Part shown: piece after piece, positions 31,901 through 41,987 of the stretch
Layout: every line of letters starts with the position of its first letter
How positions within the stretch are numbered: the first letter of the stretch is position 1
Source: a bacterium
Lineage (GTDB): Bacteria > SAR324 > NAC60-12
Reading direction: 5' to 3'
Length of the DNA: 64,000 nucleotides
Assembly (NCBI GenBank): GCA_965205865.1
Contig: CBDBHR010000030.1
Coordinates: 1,152,001 to 1,216,000, forward strand
The notes under the pieces: generated by a model
What the model was told of the DNA's origin: nothing
What the model saw: only the letters and a program-made list of their open reading frames with translations
The model's database searches: none
Program-made: the position numbers and the translations under genes

Positions 31901-32055
31901 TCGATCAGTACCGCGTCAAAACTGACAAACGAAGCGGCATCACCAATGACCCCAATCGCCCAGACGACCCGCAGTACATCGTCAAGCTGATTGGCAAGGT
32001 AATCACCATCAGTCTGGAAACCGTCAAGCTGGTCAAGGGGTTACCCGAATGGTAA
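28984..32055 (+). CDS. Single-chain REase-MTase-TRD enzyme (Type IIG-like; Type ISP-like C-terminus, no helicase)
   Basis: IDG...WEAK nuclease motif, VYTPQPIV, DPFVGTG, GNPPY, YRPF and ELPRVP. Confidence 0.88.
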   Translation: MPLLNLKPSHKVIKDYYHSLEQFDQYGVTHEMAVRSAFQTLLGSCGRQFNWVLVPEYRFNLKSGKHIVIDGSLLDNFHLAYGYWEAKDIRDDLPIEVLRKFEAGYPQTNILFQTPKQAILWQNEQRVLDNDLSDPKQLIESLEAFFSYRPRQYVEWQDAVAQFKDKVPEIGRGLAKRIQQERKNNQDFIHAFAVFLEKCRASINPNLSEAAVEEMLIQHLLTERIFRTVFKNPDFTNRNVIAREIETVIHALTSHTFSRLEFLGSLDRFYKAIEQTAESISDFSQKQYFLNTVYEQFFQGFSVKVADTHGIVYTPQPIVDFMVKSVEQILRNEFDTSLSDNGVHVIDPFVGTGNFIVRVMRQILKTKLQEKYSHELHCNEILLLPYYVASMNIEHEYYEATGTYQPFEGICLADTFDLVEMKNRDQLLLFTPENTKRVEKQKETPMFVIIGNPPYNVGQVNENDNNKNRKYETLDKRVAETYAGDSHATSKKPLSDPYVKAIRWASDRIGDQGIIAFVTNNSFLDSIAFDGMRNRLTEDFDAIYMLDLGGNVRKNPKLSGATHNVFGIQVGVCINFFIKKKKLASTRASIFYARVDECWRKENKYHYLDDREQSQNIEWQPVTPDKQYTWLTEGMRSEFEAFIPIGSKAAKARKDEAMDVIFNHYSIGVSTNRDAWAYNFKRNMLTENMQQTIDYYNEQVLKWKRPENLNTNVDDFVVNDDTKISWSESLKLNLNRGRNAEYSEFKIRDALYRPFTKSNLFFDRILNERVYGFPAIFPTPETETENRVICVSGLGSNKPFHTLMAEMIPCLDMLEKTQCFPFYTYDEDGTNRRENITGWALQAFRFQYQDETISKWDVFHYVYAVLHHPFYRETYQANLKRELPRVPFLLDFWSYVKVGCRLGEIHISYEDQPEYQLDLIEKPGLSLDWRVEKMKLSKDKTQIRYNDFLTLAGIPPEAFDYRLGNRSALDWVIDQYRVKTDKRSGITNDPNRPDDPQYIVKLIGKVITISLETVKLVKGLPEW

Positions 32056-32243
32056 ATTCTTGAGAAACTGGGCGATCGGCGTAGTATAAACTGTTAACTT
32101 GCTCAAATCGGTTACACGTTTTATGGATCAAATAGTTGGTTGTTATCATCGCAATATGTCGTCTATGTTGCTCTCGTTCTTTATTATCAGAAATTCTTAT
32201 CAAAAGCTGGAGTCCAGGCAAGAATGAATCTCGCATTTATAAA

Positions 32244-33152
32244 ATGAGCAATAGTAATCCCAAAAGACATCATTCTATCCCACAAATGGTGACCAATAAT
32301 TTCTGCAATGAGGATGGCAAAATCTGGGTATTTGATAAAACGACAAATAAAATCTATTTAACTAAACCAATAAATCTATTTGTTGAAAAGGATCTATACA
32401 CGTATCAAAAACTTAGTCCCCCAACTGTTGAAGAACCACATATAAAAATCACTAAAGAGTATAAATATGAAAAAGAATTGAGCAGTCTTGAAAGTAAATC
32501 AGCAAGTATTTTCAAACATATCATTTCGCAAGCCAGACTTAGGAAAACGCCAAAACTTTCACTGCCGGATCGTAGTATCGTAAAACAGTTTATTATAACT
32601 TTGGCGAGGCGGACAAAAGAATCTCAGGAACGTGTGCATCCCAAAATAAATGCTGAAGATATTTTTTATAAAATTACAACAAATGGAATAAAAGATATAT
32701 GTTTGGAATTGCCTGATAAGGAGACATTTTATAAAAATAAAGATATTAAAAAATTGAAAGATATTATTATTTCAAATACCAGTGCAAGGTTCGCTTTTGG
32801 TGACAGACAATATGATAAAAATCAAGAAGAAAAATTTATTCAAGATACAGGATTAATGATTGTCGCAATTCATAACCCACGGAGAAGTTTTGTTATTGGA
32901 AGTCATGGTATAACCAGAATAAGAGATTTAAATAATAATGAATCAACTGGGGTGCCAATATCGCATGATGTTATGATTGTTGTCACAAACAAGCCCGATG
33001 AAGAACAATTTTTAACAATTAGTGATAAAGTCATAAGAATGATTAACAATTGTACATTCATGCAAAGTAATATAGTGGCAAGTCGTTCAAAAGATCTTCT
33101 CGAGTCACTCAGACGTGCTGTACACTCACGTGTATCAAAAAAGAAACGATAA
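32244..33152 (+). CDS. DUF4238-like protein
   Basis: KRHHSIPQ N-terminal motif and EKELSSLE; strongly AT-rich. The track start of 32136 is probably too long. Confidence 0.75.
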   Translation: MSNSNPKRHHSIPQMVTNNFCNEDGKIWVFDKTTNKIYLTKPINLFVEKDLYTYQKLSPPTVEEPHIKITKEYKYEKELSSLESKSASIFKHIISQARLRKTPKLSLPDRSIVKQFIITLARRTKESQERVHPKINAEDIFYKITTNGIKDICLELPDKETFYKNKDIKKLKDIIISNTSARFAFGDRQYDKNQEEKFIQDTGLMIVAIHNPRRSFVIGSHGITRIRDLNNNESTGVPISHDVMIVVTNKPDEEQFLTISDKVIRMINNCTFMQSNIVASRSKDLLESLRRAVHSRVSKKKR

Positions 33153-33205
33153 ACAGGAAACCCTAAGGTACTCCTGTCTATTGGGGCGAAGATTGTAGCC
33201 ACAAT

Positions 33206-34405
33206 TTGTGCAGTCTTAGAGGAGATGCCGCTGTTATGACCTCGGCTGGTGAACAAACTAAAGTGGAACGGCTACTTGTTATATACCGAAGGATTGAGGA
33301 AGTGTTGTACGGGAGTGTGTACCCCTTGCGAGTAAACACCCCAGAAGCGGCGGAAAAAATTAACTTGGGGAAATGGAAGTCACCCTTTGTTGTTGCGAAG
33401 CAGTTGGGACAGCAAGAAATTGTCTTCGGCAGCGTTCTCCATCACATACATGAAGCTGTCAGACCAATTTTTAAGATGGAAGCTCTCCAAAAGAAGTTAG
33501 CGGAATCCCTTCCTTCCGAAATTCGCGCATCAATGGTCGAGTCTCGCTCCGGCAATGAGATTACTTTTTCCTCACCAGTAGGTGGGTTCCCTGCATTGTT
33601 CCTTTACCAGCAGAATGAAATAATCAAGGATGGAGTGTTGTTGTCTGCTCTTTCTGTGCGAACCCTTTTGGAAATTTTCAGTGGTAAAGGCAATCGCATC
33701 GTGCCCACCTACGATTATGAGGGCAACCCAACTAATGGGGTTTCGATGCAGCAGTTGTTCCACACGCTTTGCCACCACAGGTACTGTGTGGTTTCAGATA
33801 GGTTCATCTATGATGTTTTTTCCGGGCAGGATACGCGGGGATTGCCTGACATGTTCGGGACGAAGATAAGGGTTGAAGAGTTCTTAACAAAAGTTATTGG
33901 TTTCCTCGAAGGGATCACTGTCAATGATTTCGTGGAAATGTTATGTAGGTGTCTGAAGAAGCTGACAATCAACTCCAAAATGTTATGTAGGTGTCTGAAG
34001 AAGCTGACAATCAACTCCAAGACGAGGGACATTATTTATGCCCATCAGAACGTTTACGCGCTTACAGAGGTTATCAAGCACAGACTCGAAGATGCGGGTT
34101 TTTCACCCTTCCTGAACTACCTCTTTAGCCAATTAACGGATGATGAAAGTCGGGAAGTAAAGGCAGCGAGGGGAAAGTCCACTGTCGTGCTGAAAAAACT
34201 ATTCAATCTGCCGCACTTCAAGATAGGGTCTGATCTTGATGCAAAGGTAATTGAAATGAGCATCACGATCAATGAAAAGCAGGAGAGATTCGAGTTCAGT
34301 CAACAGGAGTTCTTCGAGAAATTAACCGCTACGTGTGGAAACGAGTCAATCATCCCCATCGAAAGGCTGCGACAGCGTGTTGAGAACCTTGTCGAACCTA
34401 GCTGA
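33206..34405 (+). CDS. Hypothetical protein with an in-frame 14-aa tandem duplication
   Basis: 399-aa ORF containing MLCRCLKKLTINSK twice. Confidence 0.7.
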   Translation: MCSLRGDAAVMTSAGEQTKVERLLVIYRRIEEVLYGSVYPLRVNTPEAAEKINLGKWKSPFVVAKQLGQQEIVFGSVLHHIHEAVRPIFKMEALQKKLAESLPSEIRASMVESRSGNEITFSSPVGGFPALFLYQQNEIIKDGVLLSALSVRTLLEIFSGKGNRIVPTYDYEGNPTNGVSMQQLFHTLCHHRYCVVSDRFIYDVFSGQDTRGLPDMFGTKIRVEEFLTKVIGFLEGITVNDFVEMLCRCLKKLTINSKMLCRCLKKLTINSKTRDIIYAHQNVYALTEVIKHRLEDAGFSPFLNYLFSQLTDDESREVKAARGKSTVVLKKLFNLPHFKIGSDLDAKVIEMSITINEKQERFEFSQQEFFEKLTATCGNESIIPIERLRQRVENLVEPS

Positions 34406-34551
34406 TGTAGCATCCAGCCCGGTGGGAGTGTTTTGCTTCCTCCATAACTTGTCGGCCCCCTTTTTCCAACCTCAAACCATAGACTGAACAGTCGAGGGTT
34501 TCGCTCAAGCCAAGATGCCTGCGGTAATAGTATGCTCCTTAAACTTGAAAC

Positions 34552-35084
34552 GGGGTCAGGCTTGCAAGTTTGCAAAAATGGGTATTCTTTAAATTTTAAC
34601 CTTTTTCAATTTGCCAAGATGTCTCGGAAAACGCGTTTGTACGACCCTGGCACGCTTTATCATGTGACACTTCGAGTCAATGGGGGGCAACGTACTTTTC
34701 GATGGCAACGACTCTCGTCGTTTTTATCAGTCTTTGATTGGAAATCTGCAACAATCCGGGAAGTGGCAAATGCTCTCAATTGAGATGATTCTACTATCAG
34801 TCGTGGCGCGCATAAGTTGAGAGAAAGATTGAAGGAATTCACAAATCTCGATAGTCGTCCGCTTGAGTGTTGTTCCTCTGAAAATCGGGAAAAATAACTG
34901 TAGACCGTGGTAACCACGCCGGAAAATGCCTTCTATTTGCTGAATCCCAACACTTCACAGGGAGAATTTTGCTGATAAGAGGCACTAACACTCAAGAGGG
35001 AGACTATCCAAATCTCCAAGAGTGGTTAAAAGAACTCAACCTAAAAATGTTTTCTTAAATTCGCAAACTTGCAAGTCTGACCCC
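34552..35084 (+). mobile_element. Decayed RAYT/Y1-transposase element bounded by 22-bp inverted repeats
   Basis: GGGGTCAGGCTTGCAAGTTTGC / GCAAACTTGCAAGTCTGACCCC (21/22). Inside is MSRKTRLYDPGTLYHVTLRVNG (from 34619) and an HTH-like tail. Confidence 0.8.
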
Positions 35085-35094
35085 TTCATTGTGA

Positions 35095-35230
35095 CTTGCA
35101 TCGGTGGATCGAGGCCTACTTGAGTTTTGGTTGTTGAGAGCCAGCCGATCCCGGAGTTGCATATTTTCTGTCTCAAGAGCTTTAATGCGCTTATTTTCTG
35201 TCTCAAGAGCTTCAATACGTTTAAGGAATC
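35095..35230 (-). pseudogene. Possible IS66-family transposase N-terminal remnant
   Basis: LKRIEALETENKRIKALETENMQLRDRLALNNQNSSRPRSTD resembles a coiled coil plus NSxNSSxPPSxD. Confidence 0.55.
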
Positions 35231-35425
35231 CTAATCGCTTTTGCTTCCATTAGTCCCATACTTTTTCAAAGAGCAGACAGGCTTCTTGAAGAGCTTCGAA
35301 GTGGGGAGTCGATGAAATGGAATCAATATATTTTTGAACTTTCGAGAGCATAAAATCCTTTCTGTATTTTTTGCAACGCAAAATCCGTGCTTAAATCGAA
35401 GGGCTCTCTGAAGATACCTGAATAA

Positions 35426-38311
35426 TTAATTGCGAGTAATCAATTCCTTGCCGTTGCGAAACGCTTTAGCGCTTTCAACGGTAGCCTTTACGCCACCTTT
35501 GGCACCCGGAGAAATCACGGAGAGCGCACGCGGTTTTTCCAGTACGATCTCGTTGTAAGCATCCTGCAAGTCCTTGATGGTAATTGCCTTCACTACTTCG
35601 ACTGCCTTCTGACGAGAATCGAAGTTGGGGTAGTCATTGCGCAGATCTTGCCAGAAGCGAGCAACTTTCTTACCCACATTCTGCGGAGGTTGGCTCAACT
35701 GAGCAATGGCCGCTTGTTTCAGCGGAGCCAGTTGTTCGTCAGTCATTGCGTCAAGAACCCCTTTGAAGACCCGCAAGAACTTGTCAGTGGCCGCTTCAAC
35801 TGCACTGGCATTTGCAGTTGGAGACTGCACAACAAAAATCAGGCCCATTGTGCGGTCGGTTAATTTGCCTGCCGCTTGCACAATGTAACCCAACTGCTGC
35901 TCGGTACGCAGGCTGCCGTAGTACGGCTGGTGCATAATCCGGCTTAGCAGATACAGTGTAAAATCCTCTTCGCGGGTGCTCTCGCGGCCCTGGTAGTAAC
36001 GGAATACTGCAGCATCGGTGTGAGCAATCTTGGAAATGTACACGTCGCGCTTGTCGTTTGACTCATTCAAACGAACAACGCGCATGCCTTTGGGAATGTC
36101 TCGGTTCGTCGCTTTCAGGCCCAGGGTTTTGCGAATACGCTGTGCGAAATCACGAGACTGTTGTTCCGTGATGTTACCGCTGGCCATCATTTGCATACGA
36201 CCCTCACCATACAGCCATCCGGGTACTTTCAACACTTTTTCCAGAGTAATGCCCTCTACCACTTTGCGAATGTCTTCAATGGCGAAACTGTCTGCATCCA
36301 GCAACTCATCCAGGTCTCTGCCAACACCCTGGGTTGGAGTCACTTTGTCGTAGTTTTTTAAATTACGCTGTAACTGTTCCATCAAACGCCGGTACTGCTG
36401 TTCCGTAAAACGAGGCTTCAATACTTCGGACAGCACCTGATCAGACAACTGCGGCAGTTTGTCCGAGTAGCCACTGAAGGAAACGCCGTCGGCACCGAAG
36501 TTATAGGCAACGCCGGCGCGATTGGCGTTGTAGCTCAAATCCTGCAGCTGCTCTCCCATCAAGCCAAAGTAAACCTGTGACAGCAGGTCCTCTTCCAGAG
36601 TCGTACGCTCCGGACGGTCAATAGCCAATTGTATAGTTGCACGGGGGATTTTGTCTTCGATATCGGGGTAGTGCCAGATCTCCATACCTTCGGTATTGGC
36701 CAGTTTGACCGGCTGCTCGACAGTAACCACGTCCACCAGGTCAAAGTTTTCCGGGATCAGCGGGTTGCGCTCGGCCAGCTTCAGGTCACTGTACTGGGAA
36801 ACGCTCCAGCTTTTGACGCGATCAGTACCGGGTTGATAAGTGCGGTAGTCAGCACCGTAGAACCTGGTTTCCAGCTCCGGTTCAACACTTGGCGCAACCA
36901 GGGTTATCACCATATTGTCCAGGCGCAGCTCCGCCAATACATTGTTGATCAGTTTGCTGTCAAATTTCTTAAAACCGGAACCCAGCAGGTCACGAGGCAG
37001 GGTTTCCTGCAATGCATTGGCAAAATCGAACGCATCCTGCTTATCGAGGGGCCTGTTCTCGGCAAAGCGGAAGCTCATCTCGGAAAGGTTTTTAATCTCG
37101 TTGTAGCGCCATTCTTTCACGCCTTCACGTTTAACCAATTCAATCTGGTCAAACAATGCGGCAATGATCTCGTCCTGATGTTCCATCCCGGTTTCAGTCA
37201 GGGTAACAGCCAGAATAAAGCTGTCGTTGGCGCCATAGCTAATGCCTCCGGAAGCCTGAAAATTCTCAATCCAGCCCTTGGCCTTCAAACGGTCGCTGAG
37301 GCTGTCATCACTCTCGGAGGTCAGCATAGCGGCAACAAAGCCAACCGGGTTTTCCTGCTTGTACTCTTTCTGAGAAGGCAGTGGGAAGGTCAACTGTAAT
37401 GCACGAAACTCTTGTACCGGTTTGATTTCGATCACTTTCGGCAGTTCACCCGCGGCAAACAGTGGCGGAAAATGGGTTTCCGGAATATCTTTCAGCGTGG
37501 GTACCGCCTCAAATTTGGCGCGGGCCAGTTTTTCCAGTTCATCCGGAGACTGGTTACTTACCAACGTCAGCGCCATAATATCGGAGCTGTAGTACGTCTT
37601 GTAAAACTCGACCAGTATATCGCGGGCCTTGGCGTCCGGCTTATCAGACAGTGTTTCCAGCGTTCCGTTATTAAATTTATACGCCGGGTGCGCTTTGTCG
37701 ATGGTGTTTTCGAACACTTCGATATAGCGAATGTCATCGTTTTCGATACGGGTGAAGTATTCGGAGTGCACCGCATTCTTCTCGCGATCAACATAATTCC
37801 CGGTGAACAACGGCGTAATAAAGAACTGGGCAAAACGATCCACTGTACCTTCGTAGCCACCGTTATCCACTGAGAAATAATAGTTGGTGAATTCATATTC
37901 GGTGTAGGCGTTATGAGAGCCGCCGTGAGAATTCAAGAACTCAGAGTATTCATTGGGTTCCGGGTACTTTTCGGTACCCAAAAAAAGCATGTGCTCAAGA
38001 AAGTGCGCCAGACCATCCCAGCCTTCCGGATCCTGGAAACTGCCGACTTTAACATTCAGGGAAGCAAGGGATTTGACCGCATTGGTGTCAGAGATCAGCA
38101 ACACCTTCATACCGTTGTCCAACTGTATGTAACGATATTCTTTGGTATCCAGCGGGAAGCTGCTTACCACATAGGCGGATGCATCTTCGATGCGACTGGT
38201 ATCAGCCTCTTTCTCGATCGCCATGGTCGAACCACTGCAAAGGACTATCAGACCAAGGGTGAGGGCCAACAAAATTGCACTGAGTTTAGAGTTGATTTTA
38301 TGACGGTTCAT
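35426..38311 (-). CDS. M16A pitrilysin/insulinase-family metallopeptidase, exported
   Basis: Signal peptide, HFLEHMLF (HxxEH) and LRTEQQLGY. Confidence 0.93.
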   Translation of the reverse strand: MNRHKINSKLSAILLALTLGLIVLCSGSTMAIEKEADTSRIEDASAYVVSSFPLDTKEYRYIQLDNGMKVLLISDTNAVKSLASLNVKVGSFQDPEGWDGLAHFLEHMLFLGTEKYPEPNEYSEFLNSHGGSHNAYTEYEFTNYYFSVDNGGYEGTVDRFAQFFITPLFTGNYVDREKNAVHSEYFTRIENDDIRYIEVFENTIDKAHPAYKFNNGTLETLSDKPDAKARDILVEFYKTYYSSDIMALTLVSNQSPDELEKLARAKFEAVPTLKDIPETHFPPLFAAGELPKVIEIKPVQEFRALQLTFPLPSQKEYKQENPVGFVAAMLTSESDDSLSDRLKAKGWIENFQASGGISYGANDSFILAVTLTETGMEHQDEIIAALFDQIELVKREGVKEWRYNEIKNLSEMSFRFAENRPLDKQDAFDFANALQETLPRDLLGSGFKKFDSKLINNVLAELRLDNMVITLVAPSVEPELETRFYGADYRTYQPGTDRVKSWSVSQYSDLKLAERNPLIPENFDLVDVVTVEQPVKLANTEGMEIWHYPDIEDKIPRATIQLAIDRPERTTLEEDLLSQVYFGLMGEQLQDLSYNANRAGVAYNFGADGVSFSGYSDKLPQLSDQVLSEVLKPRFTEQQYRRLMEQLQRNLKNYDKVTPTQGVGRDLDELLDADSFAIEDIRKVVEGITLEKVLKVPGWLYGEGRMQMMASGNITEQQSRDFAQRIRKTLGLKATNRDIPKGMRVVRLNESNDKRDVYISKIAHTDAAVFRYYQGRESTREEDFTLYLLSRIMHQPYYGSLRTEQQLGYIVQAAGKLTDRTMGLIFVVQSPTANASAVEAATDKFLRVFKGVLDAMTDEQLAPLKQAAIAQLSQPPQNVGKKVARFWQDLRNDYPNFDSRQKAVEVVKAITIKDLQDAYNEIVLEKPRALSVISPGAKGGVKATVESAKAFRNGKELITRN

Positions 38312-38486
38312 ATTTCACCTTTCGTTTGAATGATCAAAAACTTGAGTGTGGGTTGTTTTGAAAAGTTCTTTCTTTCCCAAAAGCACTACGTTATCGTCTC
38401 TAGTACATTGTATCGAAATATTTTTACAGCGATAATTTTTCTGGAATTATTCGTATAGGTGGTCACACATCCCTCGACATGATCAG

Positions 38487-38840
38487 TCACATTAAACGGA
38501 ACCGGAACTGTACAGACACCTGTTTGTCTCTAGTTTTCACGGGTGAAACTCTTATCTTCCAAGAATTCCCGCCGATCTCCCACTCACCACTAGGGGTAAA
38601 CTCCCATTGTTTGTGGCGATCTTTGAGTTTGTGGCGATCTTTGACAAAGGTCTCCAATTCGCTTAAGAATACCTGGTTGTGGATGACGTCGTCATGAATC
38701 GCCAATTTGCCTTTCGCTGTTGGCTTGATTCGGAGATAGCTGGGGTTGAACACTTCATCGGAAGGCTTATCTTGCGCAGCTAATATAGATGTCAAGCTCA
38801 AGCCCATCAAGAGGGCTACCATTCTTTTTGTTACTTTCAT
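38487..38840 (-). CDS. Hypothetical exported protein, possibly a fragment
   Basis: Signal-peptide-like N-terminus and GGAG RBS. Confidence 0.5.
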   Translation of the reverse strand: MKVTKRMVALLMGLSLTSILAAQDKPSDEVFNPSYLRIKPTAKGKLAIHDDVIHNQVFLSELETFVKDRHKLKDRHKQWEFTPSGEWEIGGNSWKIRVSPVKTRDKQVSVQFRFRLM

Positions 38841-38907
38841 ATCAATCTCCGGAATATTGAGAAAAGAAATTGTAACTATTCAGGTCTCTGAAAAACCCGT
38901 TTAGTTA

Positions 38908-40742
38908 GACCCTAGCCGAAAAGGGTTTCGAAAATAGTAAATGTAACCAATTTGATTCTATTGGATTCTCTATTTGATTCAATATGACGAGAAAACGATT
39001 TATTTTTGTTTTTTATTCGCCCACGGCACAGTTTTTATAGGGGAAAAATCTTTTTTGGACATACTTTCCTCGCCCCTGCTCATATTTCACACTCCCCCAT
39101 TGAATATTCAGGCCGCTTGTTTGAGTTGTCTTTTTTTCAACTCAATCATTTTGCAAAAATTATAGGTTAATGCTTTTTCCAGCAACTCTGCCCGAACGTT
39201 TTCAATCCCTCTGCGCATAACTTGTCCGAAATGGAAACGATGCTTAAGATGAAACATCAACGACTCTGCAGCAGATCTTCCATTTCGTGATTCCAAATAG
39301 ATTTCACTTTCCCATTCTTCAATCGGGGTCATCTTTTTTCCCTTTGCCCCACTAATACTAAAAACCTTAACGCCTTTGCCCATCCACTTTTCTCTGATCG
39401 CCTGATTGGCATATCCATCATCAAGGCTCACTTCAGAGGGAATGCTGATGGTGCATCGCAAATGTTCAACAAGGGCAGGGTCGAGTTGCCCTGAATCAGC
39501 AGCATTGCCCTCCGGAGTAATTAACACGGAAATAAAACCATTTCCGCTCCTTCCTAATTGAGGCTTATATCCGATAAGCGCTTCTCGATCTCCCTTTTGA
39601 ATATAAGCCGAGCTCTGATCGGAAAGACTCAATACTTTCTCAGTGGAAGGAACCTTCTTTTCTTCAAAAACTCTTTGATGACAGTAGATGATTACCCGTT
39701 GCAAATTAGAAATATCTTCATTCATCATTTCAATGAGGCGAATCAAACGCGTTTTCCGAGAAGGGGGGAGAAGAGCTTTTTGGGCACGGATATCCACCTT
39801 TGCCATTTCTTTTAAAAATTTCCCATGAGCGCTTTGAGCTTTCTTCAATAGGGTTTTGTAATGTTTTTTTCGCTTCGTTTTACTGTCCTTTTTACCTGTC
39901 TCAAAAGCAATCATCTTAGAGAGCTTATTCATCTCCTTGATGAGGAAATCAAAATTTCTTTCACTGATCTCAGCGATTCCAAATGTATCAAGGGAACGCC
40001 CTCGATGGTAGCTTCGCTCCACGAGACGAGTCAATATCGACGAATCAGTAGGCCAAGCTGTATTTCCTTTTACAGAGGTGCTATCCAGTTTTAAAATATC
40101 AAAATCGTCCAACTCTTCATCGAGAACCATTCGAATTTGAGCATCGAAAATAAACTGTCTGCTCTCGTTGCTGACAGCATTGACATTATCAAGGATTGTA
40201 CTCGCTCCCGGCATTTTCAATCCACGGTTGAGCAGAAGCAGATGCAGTGTGATTGACTCTGAAAGAAATATTTGGGCCGTTTGGGATTTGATACTTCCTA
40301 AATATCCCCGAATCATCATAAAAAGGTAGACTAAAAAAGCCGACATCCGAGGACACCCTATTTCCAGCCTCAGTTCTTCCGGCTTCAATTCCTCATCTTC
40401 TACGGGAAGATGAGGAAGCCATGGATTCCGGGCTTCCTGCCATCGTTTATCCTCTAAACGCTCTTTCTTTTTATTTCTTGCGTATTTCTCCAAATCCTGT
40501 TCAATTTTGTCCAATATCTCCGGCTCTCGCTCAGACAATTGATCAAGTTCTGATAAGAAATTTTCAAATTCTGTATCAGGAGCGCTTAAAAAAAGATGTT
40601 TTTCTGCTCGAATGAATGGTTTCATTTTGGGTGCCATAATTCTTAATATTGAAGTTATTCACAGTTATTTCAATGAATTATGGCACTTTTTAACCTCAAG
40701 TTTAAAGATATAATTCTAAAAAATACCTTTTCGGCTAGGATC
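38908..40742 (-). mobile_element. IS5/ISNCY-like insertion sequence
   Basis: TIR GACCCTAGCCGAAAAGG / CCTTTTCGGCTAGGATC; flanks TAGTTA / TAGCTA. Confidence 0.85.
39108..40637 (-). CDS. DDE transposase
   Basis: LDSTSVKGNTAWPTDS, LDDGYA and R...ESLMFHLK. Confidence 0.88.
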   Translation of the reverse strand: MAPKMKPFIRAEKHLFLSAPDTEFENFLSELDQLSEREPEILDKIEQDLEKYARNKKKERLEDKRWQEARNPWLPHLPVEDEELKPEELRLEIGCPRMSAFLVYLFMMIRGYLGSIKSQTAQIFLSESITLHLLLLNRGLKMPGASTILDNVNAVSNESRQFIFDAQIRMVLDEELDDFDILKLDSTSVKGNTAWPTDSSILTRLVERSYHRGRSLDTFGIAEISERNFDFLIKEMNKLSKMIAFETGKKDSKTKRKKHYKTLLKKAQSAHGKFLKEMAKVDIRAQKALLPPSRKTRLIRLIEMMNEDISNLQRVIIYCHQRVFEEKKVPSTEKVLSLSDQSSAYIQKGDREALIGYKPQLGRSGNGFISVLITPEGNAADSGQLDPALVEHLRCTISIPSEVSLDDGYANQAIREKWMGKGVKVFSISGAKGKKMTPIEEWESEIYLESRNGRSAAESLMFHLKHRFHFGQVMRRGIENVRAELLEKALTYNFCKMIELKKRQLKQAA

Positions 40743-40779
40743 TAGCTAATAACACAACAGCGAAAGCCTGACGCCATCC

Positions 40780-41962
40780 TAGTGTATTGCCTGTTTAATA
40801 CATTGTATTATTGGTCATTTGGTAGACAGGTTTGAGTTTGTTGATAATTTCTTCGGCAGTTTTAGTCCAGACATAGGGTTTTGGGTTGCGATTGTGTGTC
40901 TCGATGTAACTATGGATGGCTTCGGTCAACTCGAGCACGCTTTTGAAGGCGCCTCGTCGAATCCGTTCTGCAGTGATCTTGCCAAAAAAGCGTTCCACCA
41001 TGTTCAGCCATGAGGAGGAAGTAGGAATGAAATGCGGGTGAAATCGCGGGTGTTTTTTGAGCCATTCTTTCACCTTAAGATGTTTGTGGGTGGCGTAATT
41101 GTCCAGGATCAAGTGTACCTGCAGTTGCTTCGAGGTAGTCTTGTCAATAAGACGCAGGAAGCGCAGATACTCTTGGTGTCGGTGCCGTTTTTCACAGCGA
41201 GCGAGCACTTCCCCTGTCTGCGTATTCAAAGCAGTAAACAGACAGCAGGTGCCATGACGGATATAATCATGAGTTCTGGTGCCATTGCGCCCTGGTTTCA
41301 GTGGCAGACCTGGCTGGGTGCGATCGAGTGCCTGGATTTGTGATTTCTCATCGACGCTCAAGACCAGCGCTTTCTCAGGAGGATTCATGTACAAACCGAT
41401 GACATCTTTCAGTTTCGCAGTGAAATGCTTATCATGCGACAACTTAAATGTTTTTTCCAGATGAGGCTTGAGGCGATGGGCCTTCCATACTTTACCGACG
41501 GTTGTCTTGCCTACGCCAACTGCCTTGGCCATCGATCGCGTGCTCCAATGGGTACGGTCCTCAGGCTTCTCTTCAATGGTTTTCTTCACAATCTCCTCGA
41601 TTTTATCCGCTCCATAAATGCGTGTCCTGCCAGGCCGCGGATCATCATTGAGACCTGTTATTCCTTTTTCAACAAAGCGCCGTCGCCACTTTCCAACGGC
41701 ATTACCGCTGGTTCCAAGCGTTTTGGCAATTTCTTGATTCTTAAGGCCATCAGCAGCCAACAGGATGATGCGCGCACGACGAGTGTCTCGCATCGCTCCG
41801 GTATGACGGCGTGCGGTTTTGCCCAATTCATCCCGTTCTTCCCGGGTCAGTTTTATACTTGGTGCTTTTCTCATGCTGTCTCCATATATGCAAAAAAAAG
41901 GACAGCTCGTAGTATAGCAAACCAAGGATTTTTTTACACATTAATAAAAGAGCGACACACTA
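40780..41962 (-). mobile_element. IS630-family element
   Basis: CTAGTGT...ACACTAG ends with CTAG on both sides. Confidence 0.92.
40795..41925 (-). CDS. IS630 transposase
   Basis: VDEKSQIQALDR, LDNYATH and SSWLNMVE. The start is probably at MRKAPS. Confidence 0.95.
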   Translation of the reverse strand: MVCYTTSCPFFCIYGDSMRKAPSIKLTREERDELGKTARRHTGAMRDTRRARIILLAADGLKNQEIAKTLGTSGNAVGKWRRRFVEKGITGLNDDPRPGRTRIYGADKIEEIVKKTIEEKPEDRTHWSTRSMAKAVGVGKTTVGKVWKAHRLKPHLEKTFKLSHDKHFTAKLKDVIGLYMNPPEKALVLSVDEKSQIQALDRTQPGLPLKPGRNGTRTHDYIRHGTCCLFTALNTQTGEVLARCEKRHRHQEYLRFLRLIDKTTSKQLQVHLILDNYATHKHLKVKEWLKKHPRFHPHFIPTSSSWLNMVERFFGKITAERIRRGAFKSVLELTEAIHSYIETHNRNPKPYVWTKTAEEIINKLKPVYQMTNNTMY

Positions 41963-41987
41963 GCATAGGGTGCTGCTCACCTTGAGG

